Source: Nemertoderma westbladi
Lineage: Eukaryota > Animalia > Xenacoelomorpha
Reading direction: 5' to 3'
Assembly (NCBI GenBank): GCA_032718475.1
Contig: JAUCBJ010001634.1
Location: forward strand, 1-38,762
Length of the DNA stretch: 38,762 nucleotides
Below the pieces are notes generated by a model, which had not been told where the DNA came from, made no database searches, and was given only the letters and a program-made list of their open reading frames with translations. The number at the start of each line of letters is the position of its first letter. Positions within the stretch are counted from its first letter, which is position 1. This document shows positions 25,735 to 38,055 of the stretch, in pieces. The position numbers were made by a program, and so were the translations under genes.

Positions 25735-26245
25735 TTGTGGGGCGAGCCACGAAGTGAGTGAGCCTTAGCGTAGTGGTACCATTAATCAACCTGTCGTTCT
25801 GTCGTTCTGTCGTTCTGTCGTTCTGTCGTTCTGTCGTTCTGTCGTGTTCAATTTTAAACGTTAATAACTCGGCCAATCTTTGATGAAATCTATCCAAACT
25901 TGGTACACATGTTGTTTGGCAAAAGTTTAGAAATTTTCCAAGTAGAATTTCCGTGTGGCCTTCGAGAAGCTAAGATAATAGCAGTTAATTAGTTAATTAA
26001 GTTGATTACGGTAAAAACACCATTTTCAACCTGCCTTTTAAAGGAAATTAATTGTTTTACAGTATAAGACTTCAATAATTATACTTAAAAAATATACAGA
26101 TGTAATCCGCATACTCCATTCTATTATAGTTTTTAATTAGTTCAAGTGATTTGCTTTAATAATCGTGTCTTTAATTGATCTAAAGTAATTAAACCGGCAT
26201 AAAAAATGTATTCTCATTAAATACTGCTCATTTATTGGTTAACAT
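25735..26245 (+). mobile_element. Helentron-associated (HINE/DINE-1-like) non-autonomous element, 5' part, copy 1
   Basis: Starts ttgtggggcgagccacgaagtgagtgagcc, followed by a (ctgtcgtt)n microsatellite and the core aatctttgatgaaatctatccaaacttggtacac; near-identical to the starts at 27799 and 28342. Confidence 0.7.
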
Positions 26246-27798
26246 CCAAGTTGGCTTGATTCCCAGCAACACTTGAGGTATTCAGTCAGCCTTGCTTGTA
26301 AGAGGCAGACTGCTGCTGCTGCTAGTAGCCATCCATTCACTCACTCTCCATTGAACTGGCTGATTGGAGGTGTGTGTGTATCGGGTTCAATGACATTAAT
26401 ATTATTACTAAAGTAACGTCGGGATGTTAATATTCACTGGAGCTATGAGTCTCTCTGGTTAGTTGAATGAATGAAATAAATAATTGTTTTACTGTTCCGA
26501 ATATCAATGTTTATTTCTGTAGGCCAACTTACTGTATTATTATTTAATCTAAATGTACATAATAGTTTAAATAAATTATTTCACAATTTCATTCCAATTC
26601 ATACTGCTTACGCAACCATGCTAATTAGGTATATTAAATGGCAGGATTGTTTTTAATTAAAATTTTTACAGAGCAAACAAGTATATTGTATTTAACTGAA
26701 AGTTAATTTATTTCGGTAAGTAGGCCTTGCGGTTTGTTAGTTTAGTTAGTATAATAAGTATCAAATATATTACGTGCTGCTGTACAGTAAACGCGGCTTT
26801 GCGTTATTGAATTACATAATTGGCGGTACAAAGTACGTTAATAGGGATCAGGCATATTGCATTTATATAATTGTTGTTGTAAATGTACAATAATATGCGC
26901 CACTTTTATTTTAGTAACTGCAATGTGTATTTCATTTGTACCTGCAACCCATTAAAAAGGGCAGCTGAACATATCGCGGACAGGCTGACTATTCACCATA
27001 ACAAAAAAACCCAAATCGCCGCAGTTCCACTTACAGTTCCATATTATTCTGTTTTGCAATTCAACCCAATTTATCTGCTCTCTGCTACACGCGGTTTTAT
27101 CCACGAGTTTTGTAAAGTCCCGACTTATCGGGAATGACATGAACTTAGCGTCCGGAATATTCTGATCAGATTAAATCTACTTGGCGCTGTAATACTGCAT
27201 CCCGTTGTACCAGAAGTTATTAAAACATACCGGCCCCTCAAATGCGCTTGCAGTGGGTTAGAGAACAACATATACCGCCCCAGTACAACCGCTATTTTGA
27301 TAAGGTCCAATATATAATATATATATATGGTCTAACATATGATAGTTCACTAATCAGCTAATAGGCCTATTAATTCGTGAGATTTCAATTTATAAATAAA
27401 ACTAATATACGAGCTCATATGAGCTCAATTGATTGATTGATTGAAGGTATGACCGTTGTTGTGGGGGACTAGGTCTACCTGTCTAGCAGCTAATAACTCG
27501 TCCGTGGAGAGAATAATATAAGTCGAGGAACATAACGAAACGCGTTTAATTTATTTATTTATTCCAATTGGGGATGCTTTCTAACGCGGGAATGCGGTGC
27601 TATTAAACATCAACACATTCCTGCGCGTGCGTCGATATTGTGCACCCTAATACTAACAACCCACCCAGACACCCCCTACCCCTCACCCCCCCCCCCCCCC
27701 CCCCCCATCACCCAACATTACTATGTATAGATCAATGCAGCTCAATATATTAGTAAAGGTATCGTCTGATTAGCTTTCCTACACATGACCTCTTATCC

Positions 27799-30335
27799 TT
27801 GTGGGGCGAGCCACGAAGTGAGTGAGCCTTAGCGTAGTGGTACCATTAATCAACCTGTCGTTCTGTCGTTCTGTCGTTCTGTCGTGTTCAATTTTAAACG
27901 TTAATAACTCGGCCAATCTTTGATGAAATCTATCCAAACTTGGTACACATGTTGTTTGGCAAAAGTTTAGAAATTTTCCAAGTAGAATTTCCGTGTGGCC
28001 TTCGAGAAGCTAAGATAATAGCAGTTAATTAGTTAATTAAGTTGATTGCGGTGAAAACGCCATTTTCAACCTGCCTTTTAAAGGAAATTAATTGTTTTAC
28101 AGTATAAGATTTAAATAATTATACTTAAAAATTATACAGATATAATCCCCATACGCCATTCTATTATAGTTTTTAATTAGTTTAAGTGATTTGCTTTAAT
28201 AAATGTGTCTTTAATTGATCTAAACGTAATTAAACCGCACAATTATTGAGTACAAATTTAATCCTTCCCATTATTGGTCAAGTCTCTGCTGGTGTGGAGC
28301 TAGCTGCTGGGAGTTGTGGCTGTAGACTAACCTGAGAGGAATTGTGGGGCGAGCCACGAAGTGAGTGAGCCTTAGCGTAGTGGTACCATTAATCAACCTG
28401 TCGTTCTGTCGTTCTGTCGTTCTGTCGTGTTCAATTTTAAACGTTAATAACTCGGCCAATCTTTGATGAAATCTATCCAAACTTGGTACACATGTTGTTT
28501 GGCAAAAGTTTAGAAATTTTCCAAGTAGAATTTCAGTGTGGCCTTCGAGAAGCTAAGATAATAGCAGTTAATTAGTTAATTAAGTTATTACGGTAAAAAC
28601 ACCATTTTCAACCTGCCTTTTAAAGGAAATTAATTGTTTTACAGTATAAGATTTAAATAATTGTAATTAAAAATTATACAGATGTAATCCCCATACGCCA
28701 TTCTATTATAGTTTTTAATTAGTTCAAGTGATTTGCTTTAATAATTGTGTCTTTAATTGATCTAAAGTAATTAAAACGGCAAAAAAAATTTATTCTCATT
28801 AAATACTGCTCATTTATTGGCCAACATGCTGGTACATAGATGGGATGTGTGTGTCATTCCCAGTTGCTGGGAATGATTATTGGTCAAGTCTCTGCTGCTG
28901 GCTGGGAGTTGTTGCTAAGACTAACCAGAGAGGAATAGTAATAGACAACCAGTATTGCTATTCCAGCCCAGACAGCATTCTTTAAATTCACTATAAATGT
29001 TGTATTGCTATCTCAGGTGAATGACAGATATCATAACATAAATACTATCCATGGCATGGCTGTTGTGTAGGCTTCTGAAATAGTTTATTCCACAATGTAT
29101 ATGTCTGGTTATTTTTTAATTGAATTTTTGCAAAGTAGTAAAATTAATGTTCTTAAAAATAATATTATTATTTTATATGTAACCTAGGAAATTAGCTACA
29201 TTTTTTCGCTGCAGCTTTAAGAGTGTACATTAATTTAATATTATTTCAATACCCATATTACTACATCGGCATAAGATGCGTTGGCGTTGTATCACACATC
29301 TCCACATATCACACATATCCACATAGATGTATCAACAGTTACTCGCACAGTTTCGAAACTTCGCATAGTTACACCTGTATAAAGATCGTCAGTCTGCGTT
29401 TAGGAAAAATATTTTATAACAAAACAGGACAAGCGACGAGTGCAACGAGGCATATAATGAAGACGAGTACTGCGTTGACTAAATGATTATATAAACCACC
29501 TGGCTTCACATATTGATCGCATCCCTAGTTATTATTATTATAAAGAACGTCCTAGCCTGCGTTTAAGAAATATATTTAAATACAAAACAGGACGAACGCA
29601 ACGAGGCTTATAATGAATACGAGTACTGCGTTTATTATATTCCTATAAACCACCTGGCTTTGCATATTGAACGTGCGATTGGAAATAAGTTCGTGCTACC
29701 CTTCCGTGGGTGGTAGATGTCGCGGTTATGTATTGGTGGTTGGGAAGGGTGGGGGGGGGGGGGATTAAAAGGGGTGAACACGTACTGTCCCCCTTTCTTT
29801 GATTGATTGGTGGTGTGGGTAAATTTCTCAAAACCTGATTTTGTGATGCAGTCGCTCAATTTTAATTTGTATCTCATAACTGGGCCTCGTGCTGCGCGAA
29901 GGCCCCACGAACGTGTAGTTGTTTATTTATTTACACTATTTTTTGTTGAGTAAATCTTTCTGATAGGGGGGGGGGGGGGGGACTTACTCTGGACGAGCGC
30001 AATGATTGAACGACGCTTATAATAATTAAGACGAGTACGGCGTTGATTATATTCATATACACCACCTGGCTTTGCATATTTAACGTGCGATTGGAAATAA
30101 GTTCGTTCTACCCTTCCGTGGGTGGTAGATGTCACGGTTATGTATTGGTGGTTGAGAAGGGTGGGGGGGGGGGGGGGGGGATTAAAAGGGGTGAACACGT
30201 ACTGTCCCCCTTTCTTTGATTGATTGGTGGTGTGGGTAAATTTCTCAAAACCTGATTTTGTGATACAGTCGCTTAATTTTAATTTGTATCTCATAACTGG
30301 ACCTCGTGCTGCGCGAAGGCCCCACGAACGTGTTT
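27799..30335 (+). mobile_element. HINE-like element, copy 2 (apparently interrupted by copy 3)
   Basis: Same 5' end at 27799. Sequence at 28270-28341 matches copy 3 internal 28876-28936, and a second 3' terminus (cctcgtgctgcgcgaaggccccacgaacgtgt) lies at ~30300-30333. Confidence 0.6.
28342..29920 (+). mobile_element. HINE-like element, copy 3 (apparently complete)
   Basis: 5' gtggggc matches 3' gccccac as a short subterminal inverted repeat; microsatellite near the 5' end; 3' hairpin ggcctcgtgc-t-gcgcgaaggcc; T-rich flanks and no TSD. Confidence 0.7.
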
Positions 30336-31094
30336 TTATGTAGAGTAATGCGTAATTTTATTCCACAAAGTTGCCTTTTCTTTTATAGCAGGTAAATTGC
30401 AATAATTAGTGCATTATAGGCGTACCTAAACGTGCGCTATTTTTATGAAAATTAACAACTTCTCGATGTGGTGATATCCTCATAACGCAGCTAAGTAATA
30501 ATCACTAACTTAGTAACAAAAACTTCTATAACAAATATTGATAGTATTTCCCATTACTGATAACCATTGATTGTAGGCGAAGTGTAAGTTTAGTTGATGT
30601 TCCAACTGCGCAATTAATTGCATAAAAAGGATACGAATTTCATTAATATTCCTAAACATTACAATATTAACGCTAATAATTAAGCATTCAGAATGCCCTT
30701 AAATTGACATAATTTAACAAAATGTCACCATTTTGTGAAAAGGGCACTGTCAACGTTTATGAATGAATGACCCTTGTATATTTATGGAAACATCCCTCGC
30801 CACCCTCGCTCGGTACATAAATACTGCTTATGTGAAACCTCTCACACAATCATGTAAAATAGTTATAGTTTCACTTTTATCAATTTACAATATTTGCAGG
30901 AAAAAATAATACAATTCAATCATTATTCGTGTAACATCAGTTATAAATCGGTAAAATATGAAAGTTCCTTTACATAAATCATTACGTCGGTTTTTCTGAC
31001 TTTTATTGTCTGCTATATTTTAATTTTTTTTACCTATTATCAATAATGTTTTTTACTTTCTCTCGTGTTATTTTAATTTTCGTTTGTTAGTCAA

Positions 31095-31562
31095 TCACAC
31101 TTATATTCAATTTGTACTAAGTGCTAAATGATTGTAAGACCGAAAATATTGATTGCGAATACCCCTCAGTTTAGCAAATAACCAATTTCACATCGAACAC
31201 AAAAATAAAACCGTTTGCATAAACTCCGGGAGCGCTAAAGTCCTAACTTATACTTTCTTTTGAAAGTACTTTATACAAAGTCCTAACCCGATAATTTTGT
31301 ATTGTCATGGAAACCTAATGGATTCTTACCTGGACAGTGACAACTAGTCTAATGAAACATAGGCAAACCGAAATTTTTTTCCCAGACTGAAACGAATAAG
31401 AATGGTGAAATGGAAAACTTACGCATAGATAGACAATCGTTATTAGAATATTTCCCTGTTTCGTCTATTGTTGAGATATAATAAAATACATAAAACACAA
31501 ACTCAAACTGTGGCAAATTTAATTTGGGTTGTAAATTGGTGAAATTAGTTAGTGAAACAATA
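31095..31562. repeat. Diverged duplicated segment, copy 2 (paralogous to 25245-25710)
   Basis: Same collinear blocks as copy 1, in the same orientation. Confidence 0.85.
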
Positions 31563-32379
31563 AATATAATATGCGTCAGATTAATAATTAACAATTGTTA
31601 AAATTCAAAACAATTAAAATTCACTATAATGATAGGCTGCTCAGAGTAACTTAAACCCACATAAATAATTCCCTTGAGTGAATTCTATCCGCGTAGGAGA
31701 AATTAAATATAAAAATGTTAATTATGCGATCATTTTAGAAATTTTGATCTTATGAAAAGATAATGAAAGGAGTCATAGTGAAATTCCCATATTAAAGCAA
31801 CGTTTCAAAACCAATCCGGATAATTCTAAAGTGCCGGGGGAAAATAAATTAACACAGTCCAAGAATTGGAGCCGCACCTAACTAATATATCGTGGACACT
31901 GATAAAACACAAGATATACTGTATAATAATAATTTTGATGAAAAATATGAAGCATTAGTTGCATCATTAACTGAAAAATATGACTCATCTCATTGCACTG
32001 ATTCACATGAATAGCCTTGAATTATTATATAGGAGCTACGGCAATTTTGATATTTTGTATCTCTTAGAATTTTCCCAGGAGTCTTTTTCCCAAGTTTTGT
32101 TTTGAATCCGTTACTGTAAAATGATGATCCATTACCAAATTTACAGTAATATAACATTCCCTTGCAATAAATAGACCTATAAACTGATCTGAAATTTTCA
32201 AAACCAAGTTTCATATCGTGACTACTGTAATCTTTGACAAGTTTTTCTGATAAATGAAAAATCAGGTATCCCGAATGCCAACTAGCTAGGATCGGCATGC
32301 TGCATTGCAGCTGCATTTTTAAAAATGCTGTGCCGGCTTGTCGACAAAATTGCGCCGCCACAACTCCCTATCACCCATG

Positions 32380-33640
32380 CAGGGTTGTTTGAATTAAATC
32401 ATTTGATTTAAATCATTGATTTAAATCATGATTTAAATCACATATAAAAATAAAAAAAAATCAGATAGTTTTGATTTTTTTAAATCATGAATTTTATCAA
32501 TCATGCTTTAAGGCCAGGATAAACATTGCATTACTGATTATTAATAAATGATTCAAATTACCTAAATATTTACATGAAAATACAGTATCATCTCGCATTT
32601 CCAATACCATACATTCACAGGCCCATTAATTAAGTTGTACTTTAGAGTTCTATTCAGTTTGTTGTTTATTTAGTTTATATTCGAATTCAGACTTTTCGGG
32701 ATTTCCGGGATCGGGTATACGGGATTATTCCTCTCGAGATCCCGTTTTACGGGATCGGTATTGAAATTTTGGATTAAATTCATCAAAGTTAATAGTATAT
32801 GAGGCAGGTTTTCAGTAACACTCACTTTATTTTACACTTCTGAAATATTAGTAAGATAAAGTTATATTAAAATTATCTTATAATTGATTACTGGATGGTT
32901 TACTGAAATAAAAATTAGATATAATCAAAACATTTCCGTTCTGCTGGAACTTTTTTTTAGATGTTCAACAAATTTATTTAACCATTTAAACTTCGGGATC
33001 CCGTTTCAAATAAGTCGGAATCGGGATTCGATATTTCGCTGGGATCCCGGTTTTTCGTTTTTTTTTAAACATTAGTGCATTGATGAAGCCAGAAGTCTTC
33101 CGATTGTTTAAATATAAAATCTGATTTAAATAAAAAAAATCTGATTTAAATAAGAAAAAAGTGATTTAAATGAGTGACTACAAAACAAAGACCAAAGACC
33201 TAAATAATAAAGACCTGCATAATCTTTGAAACATGTGTTAACTTTCGTTTATGGTTTTGGTTCCCCCAACAAGCCTCTGTAACATGCTCCTTTACTAACC
33301 TGTTCCTTTAAATGCAATGTAACCTAAGGCTCTTTGGCACCTGTACAAAACAAAGATATAAAGTCGCGTTACGTCCTAAAGGGGATTAGGTCCCATTGCC
33401 ATATAGCGTTAGGTCCCATTGCCATTTACAGGAGCAGGTTACAGAGGCGTGTTTGGGGAACCAAAACAATAAACGAAAGTTAACACATGTGTTTCATACA
33501 GGTCTTTGTTATTTGGGTCTTTGCTTTTTAGTCACCCGATTTAAATGAAAAAAATTCTGATTTAAATCAAATAAATCTGATTTAAATAAAAAAAATCTGA
33601 TTTTTTTTATTTAAAAAAATCACGATTTTTATCAACCCTG
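32380..33640. mobile_element. Non-autonomous hAT-type DNA transposon (1261 bp)
   Basis: Termini CAGGGTTG...CAACCCTG, a perfect 8-bp TSD CACCCATG (32372-32379 and 33641-33648), and subterminal GATTTAAAT repeats at both ends. Confidence 0.9.
33172..33537. mobile_element. Mutator (MULE)-like MITE nested in the hAT element
   Basis: ~110-bp imperfect TIRs (GAGTGACTA... / ...TAGTCACCC; catgtgttaactttcgtttat / ataaacgaaagttaacacatg) flanked directly by the 9-bp direct repeat GATTTAAAT (33163-33171 and 33538-33546). Confidence 0.75.
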
Positions 33641-34874
33641 CACCCATGACATTTGCTAGATCATCCGCTTCTTCAAGGCCAGTGTCCTTTAAGATGCGTC
33701 TCAAGAAAGTCATGGGCTGTCCACCATGCTTATTCAGTCCATGAGGCTGCCAAAGTATAAGTTTATGCACTGGCTGGTCCTCACGGTGAAAGCAATGTCC
33801 TGCAAAGCGGAGGCGATTTTGTTCTAGTGTCAAGCTTGGGGGAACCAATGAGACACCTCCAATATTATATAGTGTCTGGTTGGAGATGTGTGCATTGTAC
33901 TTGACACAATGTACCCGGCGTAGCATTCTTGTGAATGTGCCATCCAGAGATTTGGTGTCCTCAGCAGTTAGAGCCCAACATGGACTCTCATAGAGAGGTA
34001 CTGAAACTACTGCTGCTCTAAATAATCGGACCTTAAGTTTCCGATTAATTCTCGGTGACTTCCAAATCCTGCAAAGCATATTCAAGGCTGCCCAATGCTT
34101 CCCCTTACGTATTCGAAGGTCCTCATCTGACTTCCGGATCCATGATCCCAGGTAACAGAAGTCGTCCACATGCTCAAGCATACCATCCGATCAGAGACTT
34201 GCTGAGGACTTTCAAAGTTAACTGTCAAAATTTTGGTCTTTCTGGAGTTAATAAAAAGACCAACACTAGAAGCAGCATATTATAATGAGCCGAGGAGCCG
34301 TTGGGCTCCCTCTAGTGCTTCTGAGAGTACTCCTAAGTCATCAGCAAAGTCTAGATCAGTTAGGTACTTGGCAGGATTTCCTCGACTTCTGGAGCCAGTA
34401 GGTGGAGTTATCATCACCCCATCATCATTATGATGATCTAAGGACGTGAGTAGAACATAGTCAACCACAATTATGAACAAGAATGGTGCAAGTGTGTCTC
34501 CCTGGAGGACGTCCCATTACACTTCAAATGGTTCTCTGTCACCGTCAACAGTAGAAACAAATGTTGTCGAACCATCGTATACTGATCTGATTGCTGCAAT
34601 AATTTCATCAGCAATCCCATATAATGAAAGTATGTTGAACATACGTGAGCGAGAGACTGAATCAAAGGCCTTGAAGAAGTCAACAAAGATAACAGCCAGA
34701 TGCCTGTCTTTCTTTTTTGATAACTCTTCAATTATCCTTCGGGTATCCATAGTCCCACGAATGCCGAATTGGCCGAATGCCAAAATAAGAAATGACAGAA
34801 GAAATTACAGAAATGCTGGAATGTTTGATCCTGTTTAAACACTTAGTTAGTAGGCCTACAACATGAATAAACTA

Positions 34875-35128
34875 TGCAGTTAGGTGTATAATAATACTGT
34901 TCGGGTTTGCAATTAGCACAACATTAATTTGACCATGCAATTAGGTGTATAATAATACTGTTCCGGTTTGCAGTTAGCTCAACATTAAATTGACCATGCA
35001 GTTAGGTGTATAATAATACGGTTCGGGTTTGCAGTAAGCACAACATTAATTAGACCTTGCAGTTAGGTGTATAGTAATACTGTTCAGGTTTGCAGTTAGC
35101 ACAACATTAATAGACAATGCAGTTAGGG
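34875..35128. repeat. 61-bp tandem repeat, ~4 diverged copies
   Basis: Unit approximately gcagttaggtgtataataatactgttcgggtttgcagttagcacaacattaatttgaccat. Confidence 0.85.
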
Positions 35129-36874
35129 CTATGGTATATGTGTAGTCTTTACCACCCTTGTACTCTAGCGACCTTCCAGAGAATTTGTTAGTTAGGTGTA
35201 TAGTTAATTTGCATGCGTCTGGAACAGTTAGCACTTTGGACGAAAGAGAGCACGTTAGCGTTTCGAGTGGTTTGCCGGTATGTGTGTTAAGATGTGTGTA
35301 AAGTTTCCCAGTGTGTTTGTTAAGATGTGTGTAAAGTTTCCCAATATTATTGGGCTAGTATTAAACAGATTTATCGACACGTCGCAGACTGTAGACAGAC
35401 TTATCCACCATATAGTCATATAGAGGAACAGTATTGTATCTATTATATCTTAATATATCTGTATAGATAACTGATCTGCTAAACTGTAAGTGGACAGGAC
35501 ATGCTTCTGAAACGAGTGTGTGTCTGGGTTGGTAAAAATAACTATGGCATTGCAAATCATATTAAATGGTCGGGGAACTTTATTGACTTAGTAATTTATA
35601 AAGTTTGAAACGAATAAATATATATATAGCACGAACATGATCATCTTTTAAAATGAAGATCTACTATGAAATAGTTCCACCTAACTGTGGGCTGACGCGG
35701 GTGGTTTTTTAACACAATCGGAGGTCGAATAAGTGGAAGTTTTATGGTAAGTTATCTAAGTAACGTTCTACGGAGAATGACGGCTTAGCACCCCACCGCA
35801 CTCATTGGGTTTCTATCAAACTGAACTTTTAATTTCTCCTGGAGCTTTGCAGTTACCCCCTACCTTCTAATTTAACTTCCACAAGGGGGGCAAGAACGAG
35901 TTTCTTTCAAACATTTATCTTTCATGAATAAATTTACAATTGGATGTCAACGAAAGATGAGGATATTCGCCGGGGGTCGAAGAGGTAATTGGTCCGGGAT
36001 GGGCGTCCTAAAGAAACCTTAAGTAAGGCTTTATGGACGGGAGATGATCAAACCACACAGAGGCTGTGCAGTCCTTGAGAATCCTCGATGATTAATACTT
36101 TCTGTTATCCAAGTAGCTCAGCGCGCATGATTAAATCTGGTAACATATGGTTTCTCTTTGAGAATAAGATTTCAATATAATCCTAGTTTACTACTACAAT
36201 GTAGTTGAGTGAATTTGCTACGCTTCCTTGAACTTTACTTAGTTAAATCCCAGGTCCCAATCCCATTTCCTCCTCTCCCGTCCTCACCCATCCTCTCCAC
36301 GCCCCGTTAATTGCTTGGTTTTATATCCGTTCCTCGTCCCTACAAGCTGTTTCCTTCCTCCCACCCCCCCCCCCCCCCCCCCCCCCCCCTCTCCCATCCA
36401 ATACAAATAAATAGTTGGCTCCTAATGGTGTGTTTTACTACTCAGGATGTAAAATGATAGCGCTTATATTTGCAAGATAATTTAAAATTTGGATATTCAC
36501 CGCCGGCGCAACCCACATCGTTAGATGCATTTGCTCTTCTATTTGGATTTGTGATCTACATGAATTAGATCACGGCCACCGGTCCACTTCTAGAATCGAT
36601 GTCCCCGATATTATAATGCGGTAGGTAATGAATCACCTTACGCCACCAATCAGATAGATCTATCAAGAGGTAGCTCAAATGGTAGTAAAATTTTAGCAGA
36701 TGCTACCAACATTATCTCAATTTATTGAAGGCCTAGCAAGTGTGCACAAAAGGCATATTAAAAAGTATATAAAACAGTTATTTATATTTTATACCAGTAC
36801 TGCAAACGATTTGAGTTTATGATTCCATTTTTTGATTTAAGTAACTTATAATCGTTTACCAATTCGCTCTGCTT

Positions 36875-37001
36875 GAGGGGCGGACGCTGTCTAGGGCGGC
36901 ACTCGGGTTTAGCGATGGGGCCGGTCTTTGTGGTGTCGAGGGGCGGACGCTGTCCATGGCGGCACTCGGGTTTAGCGATGGGGCCGGTCTTCGTGGTTTC
37001 C
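36875..37001. repeat. GC-rich 63-bp direct duplication (2 copies)
   Basis: ggggcggacgctgtc...ggcggcactcgggtttagcgatggggccggtctt occurs twice, 63 bp apart. Confidence 0.85.
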
Positions 37002-37158
37002 ATCTTGGGGATAACTATTAACTTATTAAGGAACATGAGGGGTGGAACCTAATAACGCTCGGGATTATTCTACTGTATATTATCTTTGGTTTATAATATT
37101 CGTGCGTAAAGGGAATTATTTTGTTAATTTTAGTTATTATAGTACAAATTATAGCAGT

Positions 37159-37458
37159 ATCCGATCCGCCATGCGGCCGTTTCCGATCCGCCTTGCGGCC
37201 GACTCTGGTCCGCCATGCGGCCGTATCCGATCCGCCATGCGGCCGTATCCGATCCACCTTGCGGCCGTATCCGATCCGCCATGCGGCCGTATCCGATCCA
37301 CCATGCGGCCGTATCCGATCCACCATGCGGCCGTATCCGATCCACCATGCGGCCGTATCCGATCCGCCATACGGCCGTATCCGATCCGCCATGCGGCCGT
37401 ATCCAATCCGCCATGCGGCCGTATCCGATCCACCATGCGGCCGTATCCGATCCACCAT
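37159..37458. repeat. 22-bp GC-rich minisatellite, ~13.5 copies
   Basis: Unit atccgatcc(g/a)ccatgcggccgt; explains the overlapping ORFs in all six frames. Confidence 0.95.
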
Positions 37459-37766
37459 CCTCCATCCAAATCCTTAAGTATCACTCGCACGTCTTCCTTG
37501 CGAACCCTGAGACCATGTAGCCTACACTTTGCATGCATCATACGATAGCCCAAAAGTCTTCCAGACCCATTCAATTCATGTTGAATAAATGAATAAACAT
37601 CGTCTAAGTCGTCATATACACGACGCGACAGCCCCATAGCATTAATAACGCGTTTAATTTGGCGAACTCCTATAAGGATATTATGATCCTTCTCCAACAC
37701 GAAACTAATTTCCTTGTAAGTATATGATAAATCGAAGTACGTTTTGATGACTTCGTTGCGTTCCAT
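37459..37766 (-). pseudogene. N-terminal fragment of an IS3EU-like (integrase-core/DDE) transposase
   Basis: MERNEVIKTYFDLSYTYKEISFVLEKDHNILIGVRQIKRVINAMGLSRR...IQHELNGSGRLLGYRMMHAKCRLHGLRVRKEDVRVILKDLD resembles, from memory, the N-terminal HTH region (YF..G..Y.EI...L...H, EL.GSG..LGYR.M, L..LDP) of eukaryotic IS3-related transposases. It breaks off into the 22-bp array before the catalytic domain. Confidence 0.7.
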
Positions 37767-37974
37767 TATTTGCGACAAAATAATGACCTACGACCTATTG
37801 GAACCTAATAAAATTAATAAAGAAACTGAGAAGGAAACCGGTACCACAATTACCAATACTATCAGTATTGTAAGATAATGAACTATAAGACAGTCCTTAT
37901 ACAGTACAGTACTACCACTACCTACATGATTGGATTGCAATATACCACCCTTGTAATTTGAATTTCCCTCCTCC

Positions 37975-38055
37975 CTAACACGAACTTCGTGTTAGTAACA
38001 CGAAGTTCGTGTTAGAATTTTTTTTTATTTTTAATGTCCCCTTAGGGGCTCCGTA
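37975..38055 (-). mobile_element. Probable left terminus of the IS3EU-like element
   Basis: Minus strand begins TACGGAGCCCCTAAGGGGACAT (TAY start), followed by two tandem palindromes TAACACGAA(C/G)TTCGTGTTA, ~290 bp upstream of the transposase ATG. The partner terminus was not found. Confidence 0.5.

Larger units (their letters stand above)
32300..34840 (-). mobile_element. RTE-clade LINE with degenerate reverse transcriptase, interrupted by a hAT element
   Basis: RT motifs FVDFFKAFDSVSR, FIIVVDYVL, LTDLDFADDLGVL and VDDFCYLGSWI, plus RLRFAGHCFH, across frameshifts. The C-terminus NVMG|DRELWRRNFVDKPAQHF* resumes left of 32380 (stop at 32319-32321). Confidence 0.92.

Noticed and set aside
27125-27310. 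ORF with GRYMLFSNPL resembling a DRY/ICL2 segment
   Set aside because: There is no hydrophobic TM3/TM4 context or convincing splice sites, and it lies downstream of the ECL2 exon, which is the wrong order for this gene.
31990-32361. 123-aa minus-strand ORF
   Set aside because: It begins inside the LINE 3' end in another frame and has no recognisable motif.
37018-37548. Overlapping ORFs in all six frames
   Set aside because: They result from a GC-rich 22-bp repeat that lacks stop codons.
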